The notes beneath the pieces are model-generated. The model ran no database searches, was not told the origin of the DNA, and saw nothing but the letters and a program-made list of their open reading frames with translations. A stretch of DNA of 64,000 nt from an uncultured Candidatus Saccharibacteria bacterium (GTDB lineage: Bacteria > Patescibacteriota > Minisyncoccia > Phycocordibacterales > UBA2100), in contig CAZUVH010000003.1 of assembly GCA_964623775.1 (NCBI GenBank), positions 5,739-69,738 on the forward strand. The letters run 5' to 3'. Both the position numbers and the translations under genes were made by a program. Shown in pieces: positions 1-8,901 of this stretch; the stretch's first letter is position 1; every line of letters starts with the position of its first letter.

Positions 1-2
1 AA

Positions 3-434
3 GTGGCTGCTGTTTCGCTCCAGATACACAGCATGCTCGGTGATGGCGCCGTGTCGGCCTATCGTGAATACGGTCGCACCCTCGGTTTTACCGATGATGG
101 AAAAGGCGCGCTGCTGCCGGAGTTGCGCAAATCGAAATCGACATTTCAGGAAGTCGAATTCGAGATTCCCGAGCCCGAAGCGTCTGTCGTGATTGACCGC
201 GTATCGCAGTTGCCGACTTGGGTAAAAAAGATCGCCCAGAAGATCATGGAGGGGGTCGATGCCGGAGATATTCCTGCGGCATGTAAGATCTCTGTCCAGC
301 GAATGAGCGGCATTATGAATCAGATATCATGTGCTGTCGGAATCATCCCCTCAGGTACTACAAACAAGGCAGCGAGGTGGAAGGCCGCCGAACAACGGCT
401 CCGCGCGCTCAACGCTTCAGATATTGAATTCTAA
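3..434 (+). CDS. Hypothetical protein (5' truncated), possible degenerate LuxR/sigma-region-4-like HTH at C-terminus
   Basis: ORF open at window edge; SQLPTWVKKIAQKIMEGVDAGDIPAACKISVQRMSGIMNQI loosely follows LuxR HTH spacing; followed by a hairpin. Confidence 0.5.
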   Translation: MAAVSLQIHSMLGDGAVSAYREYGRTLGFTDDGKGALLPELRKSKSTFQEVEFEIPEPEASVVIDRVSQLPTWVKKIAQKIMEGVDAGDIPAACKISVQRMSGIMNQISCAVGIIPSGTTNKAARWKAAEQRLRALNASDIEF

Positions 435-438
435 TATT

Positions 439-462
439 GATCCCGGCAAAACTGCCGGGATC
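439..462. terminator. Intrinsic terminator between convergent genes
   Basis: gatcccggca-aaac-tgccgggatc, perfect 10-bp stem followed by T-rich tract. Confidence 0.75.
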
Positions 463-482
463 TTCCTTTTGAATAATCGAAA

Positions 483-2132
483 TCACGCGTGCGTGATCAT
501 GCTGCGCTCGATATCAGCGATTGTACCCCCTACTTTTTTGCCAGGATTCAATATATTGAGCGGATCAAATATCTTTTTCACCTCCGAAAATAGTTCCACC
601 ATCTTTTCTCCATACATAAGTGGAAGGTAGGGGGTGCGGACGATGCCGTCGTTGTGTTCACCGGTCGTCGAGCCATGGTATTTCGCGACGAGTGCGTAGA
701 TTTTTGGCTGGAGTTCAAGAATCTCTTTTCGCACCGACTCCTTGCTCAAGTCCATAAGCGGGATGATGTGAAAATTACCATCACCCACATGTCCGGCGAT
801 CGTATAGATGAGGTCGTGCGCATTGAGCATTGAGTTTATCTCGGGAATAAAACGCGGGTAATCATCGGGATGCACGACGATGTCATCGATAAAGGGCGCT
901 GCGTGGAGGCCGTGAAGATTCTTGCGCAAGAGTGAGAAACTCTCTCGGCGGATCGTCCAGTATTTTGCCGATTGCGTCTCGCTTCTCGCGATTTTGGTGC
1001 GCAGCGCAAGACCGTCGAGGCTCGCGCGAGCGGATTTTGCCTTTTCCCACGCCTCCTCTGCAGAATCCTCGGCGAATTCAGCCATGAGGACCAGCTTGGG
1101 GACACCGCCAGTCATCGCCATCCATACCTCCGGGATAAATGCGAAACCGAGTTTGATCATTTGTACGATTCCGAAGTGCCCGATGATTTGCGGGATGAAG
1201 CGGACGGCAAGCTTAAACGTCTGGTCGTCGTACGACTCGAATGATTCGGGAGCATGCTTGAGTACGCGGTGTACGATGTCGGGGAGAATTTCGAAGTCGG
1301 TAAGGAAAACGACGAGCATTGCGCGATGATCCTTGGTCTTCACGAGGCCGAGCTTCATCTTTGTGATGAGTGCGAGCGTACCCTGCGAGCCGGTGATGAG
1401 CTGCGAGAGGTCAAAGGTGCCGCGAGTTTTGTCGATGACATTCCAGAGCGCGTACCCGGCCGAATTCTTGGTCACGTTGGGGCGCGCGGCTTCTATCGCG
1501 GCGGCGTGCGTGTCGAGCAGGTCGTGCATCTCTCTATATATAGAGCCCTCCAGCGTCTGTTCCTTCTGTTTTTCTTCAAGTTCCTGCGCAGTCAGGGGCC
1601 GAAATGTGGCTTGAGAGCCATCAGAGAGTACGACGTCGAGTTCGCGCACGTAGCGATTGGTCTTGCCATACTGCAGCGTGAGTTCTCCGCCGGAATTATT
1701 GGAAACCATGCCGCCGATTGCGCAGAGATTGCGGGAAGCAGGGTAAGAGGGGATGATCTTGCCGCTTTTAGCGAGCGTCTCTTTTTCAAAATCGCGGTAG
1801 TACACACCCGGCTCGGCGATCGCGTAATCGCTGCCAACCTCGATGATGCGATTCATGTATTTCGTAAAAACGACTGAGACGCCGTTGGTGAGCGGTCCGC
1901 CGGTCATGTCGGTACCCGCTGAGCGCGCGGCGAGAGAGATGTCGGTACCGGATTGTTTTTCTACAGCGACCGCACGCACGACCGAGGACACGTCGTCTTT
2001 GTCCTTGGGAAAGACGACCATTGACGGTGTGCGCTCGAAAATACTCGTGTCGTGACTGTATTCCTTGAGTGTCTTCGCGTCATCAGTCACGTCGCCCTTT
2101 ATAAGCGTAGCAATCCGTTCGCGTAAATTCAT
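483..2132 (-). CDS. FAD-binding oxidoreductase (GlcD/D-lactate dehydrogenase family)
   Basis: ARSAGTDMTGG FAD-binding-4 motif, GSQGTLA, GHVGDGNFH, GEHNDG, FDPLNILNPGKK. Confidence 0.9.
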   Translation of the reverse strand: MNLRERIATLIKGDVTDDAKTLKEYSHDTSIFERTPSMVVFPKDKDDVSSVVRAVAVEKQSGTDISLAARSAGTDMTGGPLTNGVSVVFTKYMNRIIEVGSDYAIAEPGVYYRDFEKETLAKSGKIIPSYPASRNLCAIGGMVSNNSGGELTLQYGKTNRYVRELDVVLSDGSQATFRPLTAQELEEKQKEQTLEGSIYREMHDLLDTHAAAIEAARPNVTKNSAGYALWNVIDKTRGTFDLSQLITGSQGTLALITKMKLGLVKTKDHRAMLVVFLTDFEILPDIVHRVLKHAPESFESYDDQTFKLAVRFIPQIIGHFGIVQMIKLGFAFIPEVWMAMTGGVPKLVLMAEFAEDSAEEAWEKAKSARASLDGLALRTKIARSETQSAKYWTIRRESFSLLRKNLHGLHAAPFIDDIVVHPDDYPRFIPEINSMLNAHDLIYTIAGHVGDGNFHIIPLMDLSKESVRKEILELQPKIYALVAKYHGSTTGEHNDGIVRTPYLPLMYGEKMVELFSEVKKIFDPLNILNPGKKVGGTIADIERSMITHA

Positions 2133-2160
2133 TCACAAAATTATAGCAGGGAAAAGAAAG

Positions 2161-2186
2161 AGGCCGCCCATATGCTCGGGCGGCCT
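2161..2186 (-). terminator. Intrinsic terminator of 2206..2508
   Basis: aggccgccc/gggcggcct stem with pyrimidine tract on minus strand. Confidence 0.7.
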
Positions 2187-2205
2187 TTAGTCTAAAGAGC
2201 AAAAA

Positions 2206-2508
2206 TCAAGGTTTGAGACCTGCCTCGATCATCAGAAGTCGGATTTCATCGACAGCAGCGCACGGAGAAATCTCGTCATCGTATCTACCCGTCATGTAAC
2301 TCGTGATTCCATCAATGATCGCATCGATCTCCTGTACCTTGAGATCGCTTCCTGTTGCGACCGTGCGCACCCATCCATCAATAAGGTCGCACACGTCCAC
2401 CTTGTTGCCATTCCAACTTTTCTCGAGTTGAATTTCGTACGTGTTGAGGGTGCGAGGCATGTGCCCAAGATACTTGTGGGGTGTTTCCAAGGTCGTGTCA
2501 TTGCTCAT
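2206..2508 (-). CDS. Hypothetical protein
   Basis: 100 aa ORF with strong SD AAGGAGGT before ATG and a downstream terminator. Confidence 0.7.
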   Translation of the reverse strand: MSNDTTLETPHKYLGHMPRTLNTYEIQLEKSWNGNKVDVCDLIDGWVRTVATGSDLKVQEIDAIIDGITSYMTGRYDDEISPCAAVDEIRLLMIEAGLKP

Positions 2509-2565
2509 CGATACCTCCTTCTGGTGGAATCAAGGGGCCCGCGAAAATCTCGCGGGCCTCAAGAA

Positions 2566-3087
2566 CTAGTTGTGACTGTCGAGCGACATGCCGCGCGTAG
2601 CCGTGCGCGAATTGAGCTTGTTGGCGATCGGTGACTGGATGGCCGCCAAGAACAAAAGCATGGCGAATTCCGTCCTCGCGAAGAGAGCGAGTTGTGGGGT
2701 ACCTGCTACCCCGAGGGTAAACAAGATGATACCGACAATCAGGGTCCCGAGCATGAAGTTGCACTGGGTGGAGTTGTCGACACCAGGGTGGGTGACGCGC
2801 AGAAGTTCGGTCAGGAAGAGTGCGGCGGTTGCAGGATACAGAATATCGACTCCCGAAGCGACGAATGTTCCCGACGAGAAAATCTCACGTCGTAGATCGA
2901 CTTCAAAAAAAGCCAGACCCGCGTACAGAGCGATGAGGTATGCCGTGAAGGGCGTCCACTCCCGTGCTTTGCGGACGCAATACCAGCAACATCCGCCGAT
3001 AAATCCGCAGAAGCGCCGGAAACGCCCCTTCGTCGCGACCATCTCAGCTGCCACAACAGCTTCAGCCATCTGACCCTCACCAGGCAT
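2566..3087 (-). CDS. Hypothetical integral membrane protein (about 4 TM)
   Basis: GGAGG SD; hydrophobic segments. Confidence 0.7.
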   Translation of the reverse strand: MPGEGQMAEAVVAAEMVATKGRFRRFCGFIGGCCWYCVRKAREWTPFTAYLIALYAGLAFFEVDLRREIFSSGTFVASGVDILYPATAALFLTELLRVTHPGVDNSTQCNFMLGTLIVGIILFTLGVAGTPQLALFARTEFAMLLFLAAIQSPIANKLNSRTATRGMSLDSHN

Positions 3088-3159
3088 AGTAGACCTCCAA
3101 TGTTTGATTTACTCGCGCGATTTTGCATTGAAATCACCTCTAAGTCAAGCGCTCGATAT

Positions 3160-3187
3160 TTGTATTTTTATAGAAAGATGGTATAAT
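3160..3187 (+). promoter_or_regulatory. Sigma70-type promoter (extended -10)
   Basis: TTGTAT-N16-TATAAT with TG at 3179-3180; a divergent TTGACT-N17-CAAAAT lies on the minus strand at 3148-3120. Confidence 0.6.
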
Positions 3188-3216
3188 CAATTCAGAAAAA
3201 CAGAGAGGAGCGACCA

Positions 3217-4020
3217 ATGCACTGGAAACGGTGGACGGTCACGCTTCTCGTGATCGTCGGAATCATTTTTGCAATCGATGTCGCGACTGATACGTATGCG
3301 ATCGGCGCGTCGTTTCAATTCGCGTGGCGAGTGACTCTCTTTGGGATTGCATGGATCACGCGGAGCGCCCTCGACATCCTTGCTCTCGTGCTCCGCAGGA
3401 GAGCGTGGCGTCTTGTCACGATGATTACACCGATCGGGTGGGGGTATCTCGGAAGTGTCTTTCTCTCGGAAGCGAGGCTCAAGCATGCAATCATCTGGCT
3501 CGATCATTGTCGCGGATTTCGTGAACATCTCCGCCTGTGGTGGCACCGCCTCCCGACGTGGAAGAAATTTGCGTTCGTCGCGTTTGTGATCACGATGCAA
3601 ATTATTCTTCTACCGACGATCTCGCAGTACATCATTCTTTTCCCTGTGAGCTTCATGGTGCCGGTCATTCGAGGTGCTGCACAGCGTCTCTATAGCTGGA
3701 TCACCGATATGTTTCTCGGAAAATTATATTGGAGTTACTGCGGCACTATGCACCGCCGGATCATGACGTGGGTACGCTCGCTGTGGCTTCTCAAGATCTG
3801 TCACGGCGCTATCCGTCTCGCGCGTCTTCAATATCTGACGGCGTGGAGACTGTGGATGTACGACGAGACATATCGCGACGAAGCCGGAGAATTGTGGATC
3901 AGCTTTCTGGAGCCGATACGGCTCTGGAGAAGCGGGTACCTCAATAAATACGTCGGCCGCCCGCTTTTTGCGGGACGCGCATCACACACTTCGGCGCCTA
4001 CTGCTCTTACAGCCACCTGA
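3217..4020 (+). CDS. Hypothetical Trp/Arg-rich membrane protein
   Basis: 267 aa, GAGGAG SD, own promoter, several hydrophobic helices. Confidence 0.7.
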   Translation: MHWKRWTVTLLVIVGIIFAIDVATDTYAIGASFQFAWRVTLFGIAWITRSALDILALVLRRRAWRLVTMITPIGWGYLGSVFLSEARLKHAIIWLDHCRGFREHLRLWWHRLPTWKKFAFVAFVITMQIILLPTISQYIILFPVSFMVPVIRGAAQRLYSWITDMFLGKLYWSYCGTMHRRIMTWVRSLWLLKICHGAIRLARLQYLTAWRLWMYDETYRDEAGELWISFLEPIRLWRSGYLNKYVGRPLFAGRASHTSAPTALTAT

Positions 4021-4087
4021 TTCGAAGGAGTCGGGTGGTTTTCTTTAAATAAAATAAAAGAGCCGCATGTGCGCGGCTCCTTTGGGA

Positions 4088-4642
4088 TTACAAAAGAACA
4101 AAACGATCCCTGATTTTAACTACGCCGTCGGTCAGTGCTTCGGCGCGAAGTCCTCCGATACCTGCAAAACGCTCCTTGAATCCTTTTCTCTTTGAGAGTG
4201 CAGATGGTCGATGGCAAGGATCGGCGAGTTCCACGCCACGGAACTGCACATCTCCGAATGAGAATCTTCTGCCGACAAGCTCGTTCAGATCCACCCCCCA
4301 CGTCACGAAGTTGCGACGCGTGTCTTTGCCGAGAAAAGGCGACAATTCTCCAGACCCGGTCATTGCTACGGCCACCGTCAAAATGGATTCGAACGCAATG
4401 AATGTTGCGTGCCGAATCTTCTCGGGCTTCACTTTTGAATACGCTCCAATTCCGAGCGCATATCGATCGCCAACAATTCCGACTCCGGCTTTCACTGTGA
4501 CTTCATGCTGACGGATCATCGGAGCACCAGCTTCGGGGCATGTGTAAATTTCACAGATACTTGGCGGAGTGGGTACGAGCTTAGGCATTCCACCTATCCT
4601 CATCCCGAGTGACATCGTTCCTTTTGAGGCAGACTTTTTCAT
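4088..4642 (-). CDS. MOSC domain-containing protein
   Basis: GIVGDRY, RRNFVTWGVDLNELVGRRFSFG, DPCHRP, GGLRAEALTDG. Confidence 0.85.
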   Translation of the reverse strand: MKKSASKGTMSLGMRIGGMPKLVPTPPSICEIYTCPEAGAPMIRQHEVTVKAGVGIVGDRYALGIGAYSKVKPEKIRHATFIAFESILTVAVAMTGSGELSPFLGKDTRRNFVTWGVDLNELVGRRFSFGDVQFRGVELADPCHRPSALSKRKGFKERFAGIGGLRAEALTDGVVKIRDRFVLL

Positions 4643-4702
4643 TTCGATCTCCTATCGTTCCTGAGAGTTTTTTATCACTTTTTGAAGCTGGTCACAATGA
4701 GC

Positions 4703-4722
4703 AGGTCAAATCAACTTGACAT
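4703..4722. promoter_or_regulatory. Putative XRE operator overlapping -35 (site 1)
   Basis: AGGTCAAA-TCAA-CTTGACAT imperfect palindrome containing TTGACA; matching site at 5343. Confidence 0.55.
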
Positions 4723-4753
4723 ATCCATGGATCGAACTAGCATAGCAGTAACC

Positions 4754-4966
4754 ATGATTGAATATGTTAAAAACTCTCTTCTGTCGTATCGAACGAAAAG
4801 CGGTATCACTCAGGAAGAGCTTGCAGAGCGTGTCGGCGTCAGTCGGCAGACGATCATTGCTATTGAAAAGGGGAATTACACCCCCTCGGTACTTCTCGCG
4901 CTCAAGATTGCACGCTGTTTCCGCGTGCCGTTAGAAGATATATTTAAAATATCGCATGAACGTTAA
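4754..4966 (+). CDS. XRE-family HTH transcriptional regulator
   Basis: TQEELAERVGVSRQTIIAIEKGNYTPSVLLALKIA; ATG 4754 preferred to TTG 4682. Confidence 0.92.
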   Translation: MIEYVKNSLLSYRTKSGITQEELAERVGVSRQTIIAIEKGNYTPSVLLALKIARCFRVPLEDIFKISHER

Positions 4967-5321
4967 CGTTACATTTCAAGTGATCAGTGCGCTCGCGCTC
5001 GTCGTGCTCGCGGTGCTCTTGGTGAATCCTTTTGCAATCTGGATGCCGACGATGATGCACATGCTGGTGCTCGGCATCGCGGTTGTCGTTTTCGGGATAT
5101 TTTGTGTATTTGCGCTTGCCGAGCGGACGGAAGACGAACGAGGGGAGACGCACAAAGCGCGTGCGGGCCGTGCAGCATTCTTGGCGGGCGGATCTGTTCT
5201 CATCGTTGGAATTATTCTACAGACGTTTGCCCATGCGCTTGATCCATGGCTCGTCGGCGCGCTCGTCGGGATGGTTGTGGCAAAAGTATTCTCTCGGCTC
5301 TACGATCATTGGTACTGCTAA
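4956..5321 (+). CDS. Membrane protein, DUF2178-like
   Basis: 4 TM segments, DER motif followed by KARAGRAAF; overlaps XRE stop. Confidence 0.7.
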   Translation: MNVNVTFQVISALALVVLAVLLVNPFAIWMPTMMHMLVLGIAVVVFGIFCVFALAERTEDERGETHKARAGRAAFLAGGSVLIVGIILQTFAHALDPWLVGALVGMVVAKVFSRLYDHWYC

Positions 5322-5342
5322 GCACTTCGGTATCCACAGACG

Positions 5343-5362
5343 ATGTAAAGTAGACTTGACAT
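5343..5362. promoter_or_regulatory. Putative XRE operator overlapping -35 (site 2)
   Basis: ATGTAAAG-TAGA-CTTGACAT, one mismatch from a perfect palindrome. Confidence 0.6.
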
Positions 5363-5410
5363 CCATGTCAGGTCTTTTAAACTTGATTCATTAGTTTAAA
5401 AAATTTCACT

Positions 5411-6013
5411 ATGAATTTGATTGCAATGGTACTTGGTCTGGTCGTTCTCCTCGGAGGCGGTTACTTTGTCGCACAAAAAAGCGGCGTTCTCTCCGGCGAC
5501 ACGATGCAGAAAGAATCAACGATCGGCGGGGCGATAGAAGATGCGATGGCAGCAAAAGACGCGATGATGAAAAAAAATGAAGCGACCGAAGCCGCGATGA
5601 TGCAAAAGGACGAGGGGATGACAGCAGGTGACGCCATGATGAAGGATGAGACGATGATGCAAAAGGACGACACAATGATGAAAGGCGAGGAGGGTGCAAT
5701 GATGAAATCTGGCTCGTACGAAACGTATTCACCGGAAAAAATGGCGGCAGCAAAGGGCAGGGTGCTTCTCTACTTCCACGCGGATTGGTGCCCGATCTGC
5801 CGCGGAATCGAAGCGGATATTAAAGCAAATCTCGGAAAGATCCCTGGCGACGTCACGATCCTCAAGGTCAATTACGACGCCGCGACTGATTTGAGACAGA
5901 AGTACGGTGTTACGTACCAGCACACGTTTGTACAAATAAATTCTGATGGGTCTCTCGTCAAAAAGTGGGGCGACAGTACGAGTCTCTCGGGAGCATTGAC
6001 CAAGGTACAATAA
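5411..6013 (+). CDS. Membrane-anchored thioredoxin-domain protein with Met-rich linker
   Basis: N-terminal TM, repeated MM(Q/K)KDE units, FHADWCPIC, KYGVTYQHTFV. Confidence 0.88.
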   Translation: MNLIAMVLGLVVLLGGGYFVAQKSGVLSGDTMQKESTIGGAIEDAMAAKDAMMKKNEATEAAMMQKDEGMTAGDAMMKDETMMQKDDTMMKGEEGAMMKSGSYETYSPEKMAAAKGRVLLYFHADWCPICRGIEADIKANLGKIPGDVTILKVNYDAATDLRQKYGVTYQHTFVQINSDGSLVKKWGDSTSLSGALTKVQ

Positions 6014-6097
6014 GAGTATGCAACTCTTTTTGCGTCTTCGCTCGGACAAAATGAATGCGAGCTTTCATTTTGAATCCTCGCTAGCCACAATAATTTC

Positions 6098-7936
6098 ATG
6101 ATCTTACTCCTGATTTCCTTCATTGCGGGCGTGCTCTCCGTCCTTGCGCCGTGCGTCCTGCCGCTTTTGCCGGTGATCGTGGGGCAATCGGTTACAGGTG
6201 AGCGGAGTCCGCGTCGTGCGATCGTAATCGTGGTCTCGCTCGGCCTCTCGATCGTTCTCTTCACACTGCTCCTCAAGGCGAGCACTGTGTTCATCAATGT
6301 TCCACCGAGCTTTTGGCTCTGGTTTTCCGGCGGTATTTTGATCACTTTTGGTATCGTGATGATGTTTCCGCGTCTCTGGGATTCTCTTGGAATCGTCGCT
6401 CTCGTCAATCGTAGTTCGAATCAGCTGCTCGCGACGGGATATCAGAAAAATTCTTTCTGGGGAGATGTCATTATGGGTGCGGCGCTTGGGCCTGTCTTTT
6501 CGAGTTGTAGCCCGACGTACTTCGTCGTACTTGCGACTGTTCTTCCCGCGTCATTTGCGATGGGGTTGCTCGATCTGATCGCATACGCAATTGGTCTTTC
6601 CGGATTTCTTCTCATTATCGCGCTCCTCGGGCAGCGGCTTGTCGACAAACTTGGGGTAACCATCGAGCCAACTGGATGGTTCCGCCGAGCGATTGGCATA
6701 CTATTTGTCGCGGTAGGTGTCGCTATACTGACCGGATTTGAGAAAAAGGCGGAAATATGGCTCCTCGATCATGGATTCGATATCACAAAAATTGAGCAAC
6801 GGCTCCTGGAAGCAAATCCTCCGAGAAACGAATCGCAAATGTGTGCAGCCGGTTTTTGCCCCGGCCAGGTAAGTGTCACAGAGCTTGCTACTACGACCGA
6901 GGAGATCATTGCCCCCGGGAAAGCTGTTGCCGACGCGAAAATCGCAATACAGGTCACAAAGAAAGCGGCGATGTACGCAAAGGCACCTGAGCTCGTCATG
7001 CCAAACGCTTATATAAATACAGACGGGAAACCAATCACGATTGGCGAATTTCTCGGCAAGAAAGTCGTGCTCATTGATATCTGGACATACAGCTGCATCA
7101 ACTGCCAGCGCACGCTCCCGTATCTCAAGGCATGGCATCAAAAGTACAAAGACCAAGGTCTCGTCATTATCGGCGTACACACACCAGAATTTGCATTCGA
7201 AAAGGTGCAGAAGAACGTGCAGGATGCGGCGATGGGTTTTGGACTCACATATCCGATCGTGCTCGACAATGAGTACAAGACCTGGAACGCATTTGGTAAC
7301 AATTACTGGCCGCGCAAATATCTTATCGATATCGACGGCTATATCGTGTATGACCACGCGGGAGAAGGGCAGTATGAGGAGGCGGAGGAGGCGATTCAGG
7401 CGGCGCTCGCCGAGCGTGCGAAGCGCCTCGGGGCCACTGATATGGCTGATGTAGGCATTACCGCACCGAGCGACGCTGTGGCCGTGCAGTACGGATTGGT
7501 CGGAAGTCCTGAGACGTACTTCGGCGCATGGCGGAATGATAATTTTGGAAACGGTACGCCAGGTCAAATAGGAATCCAGACGCTCACGCTTCCGCAATCA
7601 CTCGCACCCAATGCCTTTTATCTTGATGGTACCTGGAGTTTTGAGCGGGAATATGTGCAAAACGTCACACAGTCGGCGAAACTGCATTTCCGATACCAGT
7701 CAAAAGACGTGTACTTTGTCGCGAGCGCCGACAAGCCGGTCAGAATCAAAGTCACACGCGACGGCGGAAAATCGCTCGGTGCCGCACGAGGCGCGGATGT
7801 CGATCAAAATGGCTACGCGACGATCAATGAGGATCGACTTTACAAATTGATCGAAGATTCCGCGTATGGCGCGCACACGCTCGAGATAGAGGTGGAAGGG
7901 CAGGGGCTCAAAGCCTATACATTTACCTTTGGCTAA
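6098..7936 (+). CDS. dipZ: DipZ-type CcdA-thioredoxin fusion
   Basis: LAPCVLPLLP CcdA domain, WTYSCINC, GVHTPEFAFEK, SPETYFG, C-terminal AYTFTFG. Confidence 0.88.
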   Translation: MILLLISFIAGVLSVLAPCVLPLLPVIVGQSVTGERSPRRAIVIVVSLGLSIVLFTLLLKASTVFINVPPSFWLWFSGGILITFGIVMMFPRLWDSLGIVALVNRSSNQLLATGYQKNSFWGDVIMGAALGPVFSSCSPTYFVVLATVLPASFAMGLLDLIAYAIGLSGFLLIIALLGQRLVDKLGVTIEPTGWFRRAIGILFVAVGVAILTGFEKKAEIWLLDHGFDITKIEQRLLEANPPRNESQMCAAGFCPGQVSVTELATTTEEIIAPGKAVADAKIAIQVTKKAAMYAKAPELVMPNAYINTDGKPITIGEFLGKKVVLIDIWTYSCINCQRTLPYLKAWHQKYKDQGLVIIGVHTPEFAFEKVQKNVQDAAMGFGLTYPIVLDNEYKTWNAFGNNYWPRKYLIDIDGYIVYDHAGEGQYEEAEEAIQAALAERAKRLGATDMADVGITAPSDAVAVQYGLVGSPETYFGAWRNDNFGNGTPGQIGIQTLTLPQSLAPNAFYLDGTWSFEREYVQNVTQSAKLHFRYQSKDVYFVASADKPVRIKVTRDGGKSLGAARGADVDQNGYATINEDRLYKLIEDSAYGAHTLEIEVEGQGLKAYTFTFG

Positions 7937-7941
7937 CAAAA

Positions 7942-8020
7942 AGCCGCCCGAGGATACGGGCGGCTCAATATATTTTAAAAACAGTTGATTGGTGAGAAGG
8001 GGGTGAATGCCACCCCCTTC
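7942..8020. terminator. Two hairpins between convergent genes
   Basis: agccgcccg/cgggcggct (7942-7965) and gaagggggtg/cacccccttc (7996-8020). Confidence 0.65.
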
Positions 8021-8023
8021 CAG

Positions 8024-8725
8024 CTACGGTTTCGAAAATTGTGAAACCGGGTTTTCAAGCGGATTGAATGCCACATATCCGATCACTGAATCACCCTCGA
8101 CCTTGAGTCGCTTGAGCACATGATGTCCCACGTTGAGGTCGCCACCGTGCTCGCCGAGCCAGGCGATGAATTCCCGGGCGAGAAGTTTGTGCACTTCTTT
8201 GCCCTCCTCGGTCGGCGGAATATTCAGCGACCCATCGAGGAGCTTGCGACCCTCTTTTGCAAACTCCTCGTCCTTAATGAGAACGAAAGACGGCAGCTTT
8301 GAGCTGCTGGCTGAATATGTCCGCAAAATGACGTACCGGAGGATGGAATCACCGTGCAGCGCCCTGATCTTGCCCAGATTCTTCGGGGACTGGACAGCAA
8401 TGCCGTACGCGTTGAGAGCTTCCTTGAGCTTGGCCACATATGCGGCCGACGGCTTGAAGCCGAGCGTGATCGGATTCTTGCGATCATTGTACGCCCGGTA
8501 GTGCAGCTCGAATTTCTCACGACATGTCGCGCAGGACCGCAGGTGATCGACTTTCGCAAGGAATTTTTCGTCGAATGCGGATTCATCCAGGCAGTTCATC
8601 GTTCTCTCGCCTGGAATCTGCTCTGGCAGCAGTCCGAGCTCCGCAGCGCGGTTTTCCATCGCGCGCTTTTCTTCTAGTGCGCGCATGGTCTGCGCGTCAG
8701 TCTTCGCTTTCCTTCGTCTGCTCAC
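8024..8725 (-). CDS. Hypothetical protein with zinc-finger (ZAS/zf-HC2-like) motif
   Basis: AAAGGAG SD before GTG; C-x15-HLRSCATC. Confidence 0.65.
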   Translation of the reverse strand: MSRRRKAKTDAQTMRALEEKRAMENRAAELGLLPEQIPGERTMNCLDESAFDEKFLAKVDHLRSCATCREKFELHYRAYNDRKNPITLGFKPSAAYVAKLKEALNAYGIAVQSPKNLGKIRALHGDSILRYVILRTYSASSSKLPSFVLIKDEEFAKEGRKLLDGSLNIPPTEEGKEVHKLLAREFIAWLGEHGGDLNVGHHVLKRLKVEGDSVIGYVAFNPLENPVSQFSKP

Positions 8726-8901
8726 AGTGGTCTCCTTTGAATGATCTGCGGTAAATAAACACGAATATCGGAAGAGTGCAATGTCTTTACTCTATATAAA
8801 AAATGTTGTCAAACGCGTATTTGGGTGGAAGAAAGATTAAAAAATTGCTAAATTGCGGCACTTTAGCTTTCATTAGTAATTCATTAATTTTTTGGGGTCC
8901 T

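Noticed and set aside
8803-8901. Upstream ORF-track starts (also 4682, 17361, 25402, 41718, 45859, 53409, 56287)
   Set aside because: The extensions run through promoters, terminators or neighbouring genes; downstream starts fit signal peptides, SD or -10 positions better
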